Source of the DNA: Cyanobacteria bacterium auto_48_18 | Lineage (GTDB): Bacteria; Cyanobacteriota; Vampirovibrionia; Obscuribacterales; Obscuribacteraceae | Direction: 5' to 3' | Length of the DNA stretch: 64,000 bases | NCBI GenBank assembly: GCA_036170915.1 | Contig: JAVHQC010000036.1 | Span: forward strand, 64,001-128,000 | Notes under the pieces: model-generated | Seen by the model: the letters and a program-made list of their open reading frames with translations, nothing else | Told to the model about the DNA's origin: nothing | The model's database searches: none | In this document: piece after piece, positions 29,489-38,559 of the stretch | Position numbering within the stretch: position 1 is the first letter of the stretch | Layout of the letters: each line of letters opens with the position of its first letter | Program-made: the position numbers and the translations under genes

Positions 29489-30109
29489 ATGAATCAAACG
29501 CGACGCGGGAAAATTTTAGAGTCGGCAACCTGGCTATTTGGTTACTATGGCTTTGAAAAGACCACTGTTGACGATATAGCTGACCGAGCGTCAGTCAGCA
29601 AGGGTTCTGTTTATCTAGAATTTCAGAACAAAGAAGCGATTTTGGTCGCAGTTGTTCAGCAATTTACAAGCCGCGAACTTGAGCGCATCAATCGACTTTT
29701 GAAAGAAGCAAAGGCGCCCTACCTTGAGGTTTTACGCGAGCTTCTATACGGTCATGTTATGTCGTACTGGTCAATCGCCAGCGGCCAGTTACATAGCCCC
29801 GAAGTTATTGCTTCGGCAAACCCTTCGATCATGGCTGAAATTATCAACTTTCAGAGTGCAATATTTTTACAGATTGCATTTTTACTTGAGAAAGCCGCAA
29901 CTAACAAAGAAATTGCGCCGGCAAAAGCGGCTGACGAATATTTCTTTCAGGCCGAACTTGTCTGCTATCTTTTGGCCGCCTTATTCCCGCCTTACGACAG
30001 ACTCAAAGCACGAGACCCCGCGGCGTTTACTGAAGCAACTTTGCGCAAATACGCAGAGAGCATGATCACCATGACCTTGAATGGTGTTCGCTCGAGCGGT
30101 GTATTGTAG
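29489..30109 (+). CDS. TetR/AcrR family transcriptional regulator
   Basis: ILESA..LF...GFEKTTVDDIADRASVSKGSVYLEF.NKE; ATG at 29489 with an AGGAG RBS preferred over the track start 29408. Confidence 0.93.
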   Translation: MNQTRRGKILESATWLFGYYGFEKTTVDDIADRASVSKGSVYLEFQNKEAILVAVVQQFTSRELERINRLLKEAKAPYLEVLRELLYGHVMSYWSIASGQLHSPEVIASANPSIMAEIINFQSAIFLQIAFLLEKAATNKEIAPAKAADEYFFQAELVCYLLAALFPPYDRLKARDPAAFTEATLRKYAESMITMTLNGVRSSGVL

Positions 30110-30150
30110 AAGAATCAAGAATCTTGGTTCAGTTTCAGGAGAATTTTTCT

Positions 30151-30963
30151 ATGAGAACGATCAAGGCGTGTGGCTGTGGGTTCATCGCCTTGGTCGCTTG
30201 TTTTATTCTTTGTGCGCAGGCTTTTGGGCGTCAAAGCTGGAATCAAGAAGAAGCTGTTAGGCGCGTGCAATCGGTGATCACCCAAGAAGAGGCCAACGAT
30301 TTCCGCTGGGACAAAATTGACTGGCTGGTGGACGCAAAATTAGCTGCCAGTAGATCGCAAGCTGAACACAAGCCAATTTTGCTTTACTTTTTCCTCAAAG
30401 GCGATATTGGTCCGAAGGCGGCGCCTTGCTGACCAGGCGGACGCTTGATGAGGACGGTCTGTCTCTCTAATGAAATCGTGCAAGAGAAAGTAAACGCTTC
30501 GTTCATTCCACTGAAGGTTCAAATCGATCGCGGCACTGCAAAATTTCCCCTGGATTGGCCGGCTCTAAAAAATTGGAAAACTACTTACGCCCTGATGGGT
30601 GGCAGTAAAGCTACGGGCATCACTGCCTGTGTAGTGGTAAGTCCAGATCTGAAATTGCAGTTGGGCAGCACTGGCTCTGCGTTCGTTTGGGAACTGTTTG
30701 ATTCAATTGCTTATGATCCTGTGAAGTTCGCTGCCATGCTTGATGCTTCCTTAGCGAGATCTTCTCAATACGAAAAGATCCTTTCAACCGGTGCTACAAA
30801 CGCAAAAGAACTTCATCGCTTTCGCCATGAGCTTAGTCAGGCATTACAAAAGGAAGGCAGATTTCATTTGCCTCCTCGCGGATTTACCATTGAAGGGGCT
30901 AAAGAACTTTTCCGTCAGACTGGCGACTTAAAAGACGACATGGGTAAACGCCGTTCCAAATAA
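30151..30963 (+). CDS. Exported thioredoxin-fold selenoprotein with CU motif (SelN-like), 270 aa, Sec at UGA 30430-30432; joins two track ORFs
   Basis: ORFs 30124-30432 and 30445-30963 are in one frame separated only by TGA CCA GGC GGA CGC; reads ...AEHKPILLYFFLKGDIGPKAAPC-U-PGGRLMRTVCLSNEIVQEKVNASFIPLKV; AGGAGA RBS; signal peptide ending AQA. Confidence 0.82.
30450..30467 (+). promoter_or_regulatory. Candidate bacterial SECIS hairpin
   Basis: GAGGAC-GGUCU-GUCUCUC, loop starts 24 nt after the UGA and resembles the E. coli fdhF SECIS loop; an alternative 8-bp stem AGGCGGAC/GUCUGUCU is also possible. Confidence 0.6.
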
Positions 30964-30982
30964 ATGTTTGTCTTGGTGTTTT

Positions 30983-31645
30983 CTAGACCGGCACAGCCGC
31001 TGGATTAAAGACTATTTCGGCATCAAAGGCGCCAGCCGGCTGATCATGCAATTGCAAAAAGCTTTCAGCAATCACTGCAGGGTCGAACGCGGTACCAGGC
31101 GCCACGATACCACATATGGTGACAGTGGCTACATGTATTCCTGATGAACTTAACTCTTGATGCAGGCACTGATTTAATGCTCTAAGAGCCGCCTTACCCA
31201 CAGACAGCGCTGTCACTTGAGCTGCCGGTTGCAATGCGTAGCCTCCACCAGTGAAAAGAATAGTGCCTTTACCGAGGTTTTTCATCCCTGGAATTACTGC
31301 TTGCGACGCGGCCAGTGCGGGCGTGACATTGACACCTAATGATTGGCTGAATTTCTCAGCGTCAACACGAGAACCTCTGCCTGGCGTCAAACTAAAAGCA
31401 TTAAAATGAAGTACTTCTATTTCTCCATGTTTTTCTGCAATTTCTGCTAGACAGGTTTTTAACTCTTCTAAGTTAGAGACGTCGAGCTGCCAGGCCGAAG
31501 CATTCTCACCTAATTCGGCACAAAGACCATCAAGCTTTTCACGATTTCGCGCGCACAAGGCGACGTGATAACCGCGGCCTAAAAACGCTTTGGCCACCGC
31601 CTGACCTACACCTGCTCCTGCTCCAAGCACTACGCATGTTGCCAC
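30983..31645 (-). CDS. Short-chain dehydrogenase/reductase, atypical subtype
   Basis: VLGAGAGVGQAVA; FNA; GTILFTG; catalytic YxxxK position reads LSVGK. Confidence 0.88.
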   Translation of the reverse strand: MATCVVLGAGAGVGQAVAKAFLGRGYHVALCARNREKLDGLCAELGENASAWQLDVSNLEELKTCLAEIAEKHGEIEVLHFNAFSLTPGRGSRVDAEKFSQSLGVNVTPALAASQAVIPGMKNLGKGTILFTGGGYALQPAAQVTALSVGKAALRALNQCLHQELSSSGIHVATVTICGIVAPGTAFDPAVIAESFLQLHDQPAGAFDAEIVFNPAAVPV

Positions 31646-31724
31646 ATCAATAACCTCACGATGACACTAACGAACCATCGTAGTGGAAATTTCGATGTAT
31701 TTTCCCAGTTTAAATTACAAGTTA

Positions 31725-32036
31725 TTACCCAGGACACTTTGAAGTTGGAATTGTGGCTTTGAGAATCGGAATAAATTGAACGGGGCCCAGGCCATGCGTT
31801 GTAGGTCTTGCAAGTCTTAGCTCAAGCACTTTCTGTTCGTCAGTGATTTCAACATTAACGAGATATTTTCCCAAGATGTCGTCACTGTTTGTTCGCGCGT
31901 TGGCAGTCTTCACTGCCTCACGCAATACAGCCTGGCGATCGCAGAGAGGTGTTTCCTCAAAAATTTTCACCGCATCCAATGTTTCTGTAGCATTTGCCAT
32001 TAAGGCACCACGCTGCTCAATTTCGGTCTCGTTCAT
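31725..32036 (-). CDS. Hypothetical protein
   Basis: ATG at 32036 preceded by AAGGA; track ORF extends to 32168. Confidence 0.5.
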   Translation of the reverse strand: MNETEIEQRGALMANATETLDAVKIFEETPLCDRQAVLREAVKTANARTNSDDILGKYLVNVEITDEQKVLELRLARPTTHGLGPVQFIPILKATIPTSKCPG

Positions 32037-32269
32037 AACCACATCCTTTCGCCCAATCTGCAAGCCAATTGTCTTCAGGTAAATATACAAGCAACTGGTG
32101 ACCGAACTGTGACCCTCTAAACGGCGGCCTTTAGCCCTGTAACTACCTGTCCCAGAAAACGCGGACATTCTCTGTTTGCGTAATGCTGTTCAAGTATGGT
32201 TAGAACTCGGTCACTTTTAAACAATATTCTGAATCTGCAGGCACAGCAGGGACAGCTTAGGAAAGTCGA

Positions 32270-33142
32270 ATGGCAGAATATCGTCCACCACAGCGTTTCG
32301 ACTTGGACGACTCTAGCAGAATCGACAGGGTCGGCCAGTTTCGAAATCCAATAATGTTACTGCTAGAGCAGGGGCGTTCAGATACATTTTACCCTCGCCG
32401 CAACTTTGCCGAACAGCAATGTGGTAACAGTATATGGCCTTGCGCCGAAATAACTGCTGGAATGGTTAGAATTGGCGATTCTGTGTCTAGCGCGTTCGAC
32501 CGCAGAACCGCGACAAAAGATACGCAGGTGCCGTCGGGCATAATCACTGAGGGTCTCTATCTGACCAGGGCGACCTCCGAACCACCAATGTTCGACCGAA
32601 GTATTTTCGCATCAATGACCCGTCGAGAGCCAAATCTAGAATCACTTTTGATGCAGCGACTTTCCAGTCAACCAGGTCCAATTACGCAACAAAAATTAAG
32701 TGAAGCAGCTCTAGAACTTTGTACCGGCCCGGATCAATTAACAGACAAAAAAATGGCTCTGTTGTTGCTCCACAATTTTACTAAAAACCTCACTGCAGCT
32801 GCACGCAATCCAAATATTCTCGCTCAACATGACGCCGACAAGTATCCAGCTAATACCTATAGCAATGAGCTGGTAAAGCCCATTGTTGATCGATTAGAGC
32901 ATCTTGGTAAAAGTAAAAGTCAGTCTGATGCTTTGGGTCAGATATACCATTTCTATGGTGCGACCCTGGCCACTTATACTTTTGAAAGGGGATCTTGGGT
33001 TGGTCTGCAAAAATACTGGCGATTGGTAAGTAGTACCGATCCGCGCAACGTTGTGAAAAACGGTGCAGACAGGCTAGGCTATCAGTTAGGGCGACAGCTG
33101 CAAGAAAGTGACGTGCTGGATCAATTGTTGCGGCCCCAATAG
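32270..33142 (+). CDS. Hypothetical protein
   Basis: 290-aa ORF with an AGGA RBS; no family recognised. Confidence 0.65.
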   Translation: MAEYRPPQRFDLDDSSRIDRVGQFRNPIMLLLEQGRSDTFYPRRNFAEQQCGNSIWPCAEITAGMVRIGDSVSSAFDRRTATKDTQVPSGIITEGLYLTRATSEPPMFDRSIFASMTRREPNLESLLMQRLSSQPGPITQQKLSEAALELCTGPDQLTDKKMALLLLHNFTKNLTAAARNPNILAQHDADKYPANTYSNELVKPIVDRLEHLGKSKSQSDALGQIYHFYGATLATYTFERGSWVGLQKYWRLVSSTDPRNVVKNGADRLGYQLGRQLQESDVLDQLLRPQ

Positions 33143-33194
33143 TTTGAATTGATTTGAATTGAATTGAATTTCTTGAACCCGCGTTAGGCGATAC

Positions 33195-33941
33195 GTGCTG
33201 CATCGTGTTATATTCGGCATGCTTTTAAAAGTAGAAGATCAATTGCCTGTAACTGCACATCATGAAGACCACGGCTTAGAAAGTGTAGCCTGGCTGCGGG
33301 CTGCCGTGCTTGGTGCCAACGATGGCATTGTCTCTACCGCCAGTCTTTTGCTGGGAGTAGCGGCAGCTCATACAGATCTTCATCATTTACTTGTGGCCGG
33401 TGTTGCAGGTACGGTGGCCGGAGCCATGTCTATGGCTGCAGGTGAATACATTTCAGTTAACTCGCAGTCCGACACCGAAAAGGCCGCACTGGCCAAAGAG
33501 AATGCAGAGCTTAAGGCAGATTACGAAAGCGAAATCAAAGAGCTGGTCAACATTTATCAGCGCCGTGGGGTTGAGCTGAGCCTGGCTTTACAAGTGGCTG
33601 AGCAATTAATGACTCACGATGCTCTCGGCGCGCATGCTCGCGATGAACTAGGCATTACTGAGGCCTATCGTGCTAAACCTGTTCAAGCGGCCCTGGTATC
33701 TGCATTGAGCTTTGCTCTGGGAGGCTTGCTACCACTGCTGGTGGTGCTCATGGTTCCGGAACACGCTCTAACTCTTGCTGTGAGCACCGCTTCTTTAGTA
33801 GCTCTGGCTATTTTAGGAGGAGTGGCAGCTAAAATTGGCAAAGCCAATGTGGTTAGAGGGGTAATGCGCGTAACTGCATGGAGTGCCCTGGCCATGCTCA
33901 TTACAGCTGCCATCGGTTCACTTTTTGGCACTAAGCTTTAG
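33195..33941 (+). CDS. VIT1/CCC1 family iron/manganese transporter
   Basis: WLRAAVLGANDGIVST; AGAMSMAAGEYISV; HARDELGI; start may be slightly downstream. Confidence 0.95.
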   Translation: MLHRVIFGMLLKVEDQLPVTAHHEDHGLESVAWLRAAVLGANDGIVSTASLLLGVAAAHTDLHHLLVAGVAGTVAGAMSMAAGEYISVNSQSDTEKAALAKENAELKADYESEIKELVNIYQRRGVELSLALQVAEQLMTHDALGAHARDELGITEAYRAKPVQAALVSALSFALGGLLPLLVVLMVPEHALTLAVSTASLVALAILGGVAAKIGKANVVRGVMRVTAWSALAMLITAAIGSLFGTKL

Positions 33942-33959
33942 AGCGCGCTCTGCATGGCA

Positions 33960-34793
33960 TCATGCCACTTGACTGACTGCATAGGGCAGATTAGGAAGGT
34001 TTGAATTGCTAAGCCAGTTATTGAATTGGGCATGCGAGATTAGTTTCGATTGAATACCATTCTGTATTCGCAGCACGATTGCCAATTCCGATGCTGTAAT
34101 TTTATTTCTATGCACGAGTACTTTACCGAGAAGTTCTTCTTCATCTAATCCGCACTCTAACGCAGTTAAGAGTTCATTTAAATCCACCAGACCTGCCTGC
34201 AAAAGCAAATAGCCGAGGCGCTCTTTTTCAGTATTCAGGTTGGTGAGCGCTGGCCTGCCACCAGTAATGCTCGGCTCATTGCACTCGAACAGAGCCTGCC
34301 GCACTGAGAGTTCTCGTCGTTTGATCTGCAAAACTAATTCAAGCGCTTCCTGCCACTTTCCCAGTGTAATCAAGCCGGCGTTAAAAAGGTCTTTGCCGCT
34401 AATCATCTGATAGGGAGTATTCACAACGGCTAACGTGAGTACTTCACTTGATGCAACCAGTCCTGCTGCAATTAAGAGCATAACCACACTATTGCTGGTC
34501 TTGAGTTCGTCCTTTTGCCAGAGAAGCTTGAAAGGTATTTGAGTCTTAAAGCTATAGTCAAGGATAACTGCAGCCCTCATGATTGAAATTTGACGACTGA
34601 GCACAGTTATTGCGGCAGTTAAGGCTGATTCAAGTTCTAACTCGCTGAGCCTCTGAGTGGTCACCAAGATTCGCCCCAGAGGTATCCCTGACTTAGCAGA
34701 GGCGTCCACAAGCATGTGAATTTCCGTTTGATAGAGTTTTCCTTGAGCAACCAAAATTTCTGCTAATACCTTGGAGACTTTTCCTGTACTCAT
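33960..34793 (-). CDS. Tandem MshEN-like repeat protein
   Basis: LAEILVAQG...PLGRILV; RLGYLLLQAGLVDLNELLTAL...LLGKVLV. Confidence 0.7.
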   Translation of the reverse strand: MSTGKVSKVLAEILVAQGKLYQTEIHMLVDASAKSGIPLGRILVTTQRLSELELESALTAAITVLSRQISIMRAAVILDYSFKTQIPFKLLWQKDELKTSNSVVMLLIAAGLVASSEVLTLAVVNTPYQMISGKDLFNAGLITLGKWQEALELVLQIKRRELSVRQALFECNEPSITGGRPALTNLNTEKERLGYLLLQAGLVDLNELLTALECGLDEEELLGKVLVHRNKITASELAIVLRIQNGIQSKLISHAQFNNWLSNSNLPNLPYAVSQVA

Positions 34794-34794
34794 A

Positions 34795-35622
34795 TTATTT
34801 GTTTGACCTCTCTAGCACGGCCTGAGCCCGTCCCATGTTGTAGGTGATTCCTTCCTGCTGCAACTGAATGGTCTTAATTGACAATGGTGGCGGACTCCAG
34901 TCGATTGCGATCTCATCAGCTTTTTTGACAAACATGGAGTTAGTATCCTGCAGCCTGCAGTGACTCATATAAGAACTAAATATTTCCATCATGCTGCAGG
35001 CGGCTTGCCGGCATTTACCAAAATCACAAAAGAAGCCGCTTAGAAGTGCAGCTCTGCCAGTAGGGATAGTGGCAGCTCTTACGACAATCACTGTACGTTC
35101 TTGCTCTATCGCCATTGCAGTTAGCTCTACATATGTGGCGGAGTAACGTGACTCGCTCATCAGTCCAATTATTCGTTTACCGTCTGGGTCGAGCACCCAA
35201 TCATCATCTGCAACTTGTTCTGTCATGTAATTTTGGCATAGTGGTACGGCGAAATTTTGAGGGAGATCGACCACGAAAGAATGAGTGTATGCTGGAGGTC
35301 CAAATTTAGAACGGAGAAAAACCTTTCCAAAGATGGCCAGAGTCAATATTGTTGAACTGCTGACGAAAGCAGCGAAAAGTGTTGACTGAGTCCAGTCTTC
35401 AGTTCCCAAAGTGTCATTCCAAAATCCAGTGCCAAGAAACGAAATTACCTCATTCAATACATCTGATATGCTGAACAGAATGAAGGACACAGCACCTACG
35501 ATTATAAAAAGGCAGAATGCCTGTAATGGCGTGCGCAAATCATTCTGTGGGTGACATAGATTTGTCATTTTTTTACTTGACGGAAGAGCCGCAAAAAAAT
35601 TACTCATAATTTGACCTGCCAA
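34795..35622 (-). CDS. Hypothetical membrane protein with two TM helices
   Basis: Two hydrophobic segments; ends 1 nt before the next gene. Confidence 0.6.
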   Translation of the reverse strand: MAGQIMSNFFAALPSSKKMTNLCHPQNDLRTPLQAFCLFIIVGAVSFILFSISDVLNEVISFLGTGFWNDTLGTEDWTQSTLFAAFVSSSTILTLAIFGKVFLRSKFGPPAYTHSFVVDLPQNFAVPLCQNYMTEQVADDDWVLDPDGKRIIGLMSESRYSATYVELTAMAIEQERTVIVVRAATIPTGRAALLSGFFCDFGKCRQAACSMMEIFSSYMSHCRLQDTNSMFVKKADEIAIDWSPPPLSIKTIQLQQEGITYNMGRAQAVLERSNK

Positions 35623-35750
35623 TTCGATTGGTTGGGTTTCTTTTGAGTAATTAAACTACGGCAATATGTCGAAACCGTGGCAAGTGCCTAAAGACACGCG
35701 GAAGGACACCGGCGCAGGAGAGCTTAGAGCAAAAAGGTTTTGTCTGCGAC

Positions 35751-36455
35751 TTAATCGTCTAATAAAAACTTGCGCAGCACATCATCAGCCTTCTGTCGCA
35801 TAGGCTCCATTTCTGGCTTACGCAAATTTACCATAAGATCGTCCATTTGTACCTGCACCGCCGCTGGTGCTCGAGTTACTTGCCTAAGATCAAGAGTCTT
35901 GTTTACCAGAGCCGTTAAGACTGCGGGCTTTTCGCCGGTAACCGTGGCACCATTTAGTTTCATAGACATGTTGATGTCACGAATTGTGCTGGTACCAAAG
36001 CTAGTTAGATTGCTACTTTTAAGAGCATCTACAACGTGTTCACCCTGATGTCTGCTACCAGTCAACTCACCATCAACAAAGGCAAACTTGAATTTGCTCG
36101 GTTGGACAACTACTTCCTTGCCTTCGTGAGTGACACCAGTAAAGGGTCTGAGTTTCGACACGCCTGTGAACCAGGTGACTTTTTCACCTTGCTCTTCCAG
36201 AGCATGCTTAAATGCCTTGCCCATGAAGGGCGTATCTTCGACAAGCATTATGCCGTCTCTGCCACCACCCGGCATCAGTCTAGCTAATTTACCGCGGCTG
36301 GCGGCAATCACACCTATGGTGGCTGCAGCTCCGCCAATTACGAGAGCCGTGGTACCAGGGTTTTCATAAGCATCTTCAAATAAAGCAGCGGCAGCATTTG
36401 TCGGCTTATCTTCTTTAATAGTGTCATTGGCTTTGTCGGAACTGTTTTTTGGCAC
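35751..36455 (-). CDS. Receiver (REC)-like domain protein with an N-terminal hydrophobic helix
   Basis: IMLVEDTPFMGKAFKHALEEQG; FAFVDGEL; ALVIGGAAATIGVIAA. Confidence 0.6.
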   Translation of the reverse strand: MPKNSSDKANDTIKEDKPTNAAAALFEDAYENPGTTALVIGGAAATIGVIAASRGKLARLMPGGGRDGIMLVEDTPFMGKAFKHALEEQGEKVTWFTGVSKLRPFTGVTHEGKEVVVQPSKFKFAFVDGELTGSRHQGEHVVDALKSSNLTSFGTSTIRDINMSMKLNGATVTGEKPAVLTALVNKTLDLRQVTRAPAAVQVQMDDLMVNLRKPEMEPMRQKADDVLRKFLLDD

Positions 36456-36545
36456 GGTTGCATACTCAGGGGATGAGTAATGTTTTACGCCTTTAAAAGG
36501 CCGCTGTCACTGAGGTTTCTACGCAATAACCATTAAATCGCGCGA

Positions 36546-38255
36546 TTAATATCCGCGGTAAGCGCGACCCTGAGCCACAGCTTTGACACCAGGTACGTTC
36601 TGCAGTGAGCCATAACGGCTAGTGGCATAGCGAATACCAGCAATCATATTGTCTACCGGATCAAGAATGTTCTTGTGTCCAGGTATGGAATAGGCATTGA
36701 AAGTTGGTCCGATGGTTTGCATCAAACCTTTAGATGGTGTGCCTTTGCGAGCATTAGAGTCCCAATTGTTAACAACGTTTGGATTCCAGCTGCTTTCTCT
36801 TTGCACAATCAAATTGACTGCTGCCAGGTTTGCCGCAGTGACTGGCACACCTGCTTTCTCAAGGGCAGTCTCAATCAACTCGCGTTTTTCGCCTTGAGGA
36901 ATTGTGCCGGTAACTTGTTGTTCAGTATTTTGTCTGTTCATAGCTACGTCATAGAGGCGCTGCCCGGCAGTAGCTAATTGCTGACCTTCACCCTGAGTAA
37001 CGTCCTCTCTGGTGACGTCTTTGGGAGCTTTTCCAGACAAAGCCGCTGCGGCTATGGCACCTGGATTGTCGCCAAACTTGCCTTTCAGATCAGCGATCAT
37101 GCTTGATACCATGCCCTCTTGGGCTTCTTTCGGCAGAAGGTTATTCAACTCTTCTTTGGCTGGCTTCTCGCCTTTTTCCATCTTCGCTGCCATGCCTTTG
37201 AGCTTGGCGAGAAATTCAGGATTTTTCAGCTGTTCAGCAAAACCTTTGGAGAGCTTGCCTTCCCTTATAAGCTTTTCAATCATTTCCGGATCTGGCGGAT
37301 CGCCTAAACTTTCGAGGAAACTCATGATTTGCCTGCCTGAAAGTCCATAACGGCCGACTCTGGTATCTCCGTCAGGGTGACGCCTGACAGTTTCATAGGC
37401 AGCATCACGTTCAGGTTTCCACAAACCAGCTACCGCTTCTTTTACGCCCATATCTTTGTCAGTTTCATTTGGCTGTCTGGGCACGTCTCGTGTGCCGAAC
37501 GAACCCATGCGCTCAGTAGCGACGCGAGGCATGTCTACACCATTGCTGCCATTGAAGCGGTTCGTTTGCTCAACACTTTCCCTGGTCTCAGGGGTAACGT
37601 GTTTCATCTCTTTGGCCGGCTTGAGGTTTTGCGCCTGTTCAACCTCGGGCGAAATTATATTGTCCTGGTCGTTAAGCTCCACACCATTAGCTGCCTGACT
37701 GTTCGTGGATTTGATACGCTCAGATAGGTACTTAACCAGGTCATCAGCAGCTTGTTGCTGAGCTTCAGTAGGATTGAGCTGACCATCTTTACGCTCAATT
37801 TGCACTTTAATGTCTTTAGAGTTGAGCTTTTCGGGATCGCCGTTCATCTCCACGCGGCCGTCTTCTTTGACTACGAAGTGCGGTTGCGCTTTGGCAGGCT
37901 TATCTAAATCTTGCATCTCCACGTTGATTTTCGGCACGCTGCGGTCGAGCGGTGGGCTGGACTCAATGCGATGTTCAGGTGTGATGGAGCTGTTGTCCAC
38001 GATCACACCACTGCGGGCCAGTTCGGAAGGCGGTTTGCTCACATCAAATTTGCGAGTGGCCAGGTTTTTGGGATGAATCGGACTCATCTCCAGGCTAGCA
38101 GGTGCCGTGTTGTCACCGGCGGCTGTTTTTAAGACCATGTCAGAGCTGGCAAGCAATTTGCCGGCTTCCAGCGAGAGCGGACCAATATGGCCGACTTTAA
38201 CGTTTGCTTTTTCGACTTGCTTGTCGCCATCGCCTGCTGATTGTTTGCCTGTCAT
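36546..38255 (-). CDS. Multidomain protein with a C-terminal lytic transglycosylase (SLT) domain
   Basis: QRESSWNPNVVNNWDSN...SKGLMQ...F...NILDPVDNMIAGIRY...RYG. Confidence 0.88.
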   Translation of the reverse strand: MTGKQSAGDGDKQVEKANVKVGHIGPLSLEAGKLLASSDMVLKTAAGDNTAPASLEMSPIHPKNLATRKFDVSKPPSELARSGVIVDNSSITPEHRIESSPPLDRSVPKINVEMQDLDKPAKAQPHFVVKEDGRVEMNGDPEKLNSKDIKVQIERKDGQLNPTEAQQQAADDLVKYLSERIKSTNSQAANGVELNDQDNIISPEVEQAQNLKPAKEMKHVTPETRESVEQTNRFNGSNGVDMPRVATERMGSFGTRDVPRQPNETDKDMGVKEAVAGLWKPERDAAYETVRRHPDGDTRVGRYGLSGRQIMSFLESLGDPPDPEMIEKLIREGKLSKGFAEQLKNPEFLAKLKGMAAKMEKGEKPAKEELNNLLPKEAQEGMVSSMIADLKGKFGDNPGAIAAAALSGKAPKDVTREDVTQGEGQQLATAGQRLYDVAMNRQNTEQQVTGTIPQGEKRELIETALEKAGVPVTAANLAAVNLIVQRESSWNPNVVNNWDSNARKGTPSKGLMQTIGPTFNAYSIPGHKNILDPVDNMIAGIRYATSRYGSLQNVPGVKAVAQGRAYRGY

Positions 38256-38559
38256 TGCGGATCCCTAGCGGTGAATACGTTCATATTTTTCAATATAGAC
38301 GCCCATTCAACAATGGGGAGATCACGTAGACCACTTATGACCCATGCGTACTTCCCCCACAGACAGGGGCCTGCCGCAGGGGCATAATGAAAGTCCCCAT
38401 TCGACACGGACATTTTTTTTCATTAGTAGCTGACTAAGTCGGCTGCAGTCTTTCGCCGGTCAAAATTTGCCGTATATAAAAGGATGTAATCGGCAAAGTC
38501 GAAAAATAAGTAAAGGCACCAGATGCGGTGCCATGTCAATTGGGAAAATCATTAGCTAA

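Noticed and set aside
30124..30432. Stand-alone 102-aa ORF, with a separate 172-aa ORF at 30445
   Set aside because: Better explained as one gene with Sec read-through: same frame, CU motif and SECIS-like hairpin
33144..33177. TTGAA pentamer run after the 32270 gene
   Set aside because: Short AT-rich low-complexity tract with no supportable function
36546..38255. Prophage tail/tape-measure origin of the SLT gene
   Set aside because: No phage structural, integrase or terminase genes nearby
38366..38410. GGGGC...TTCGAC resemblance to a tmRNA or tRNA end
   Set aside because: Spacing is wrong, and there is no T-arm/CCA end or tag reading frame
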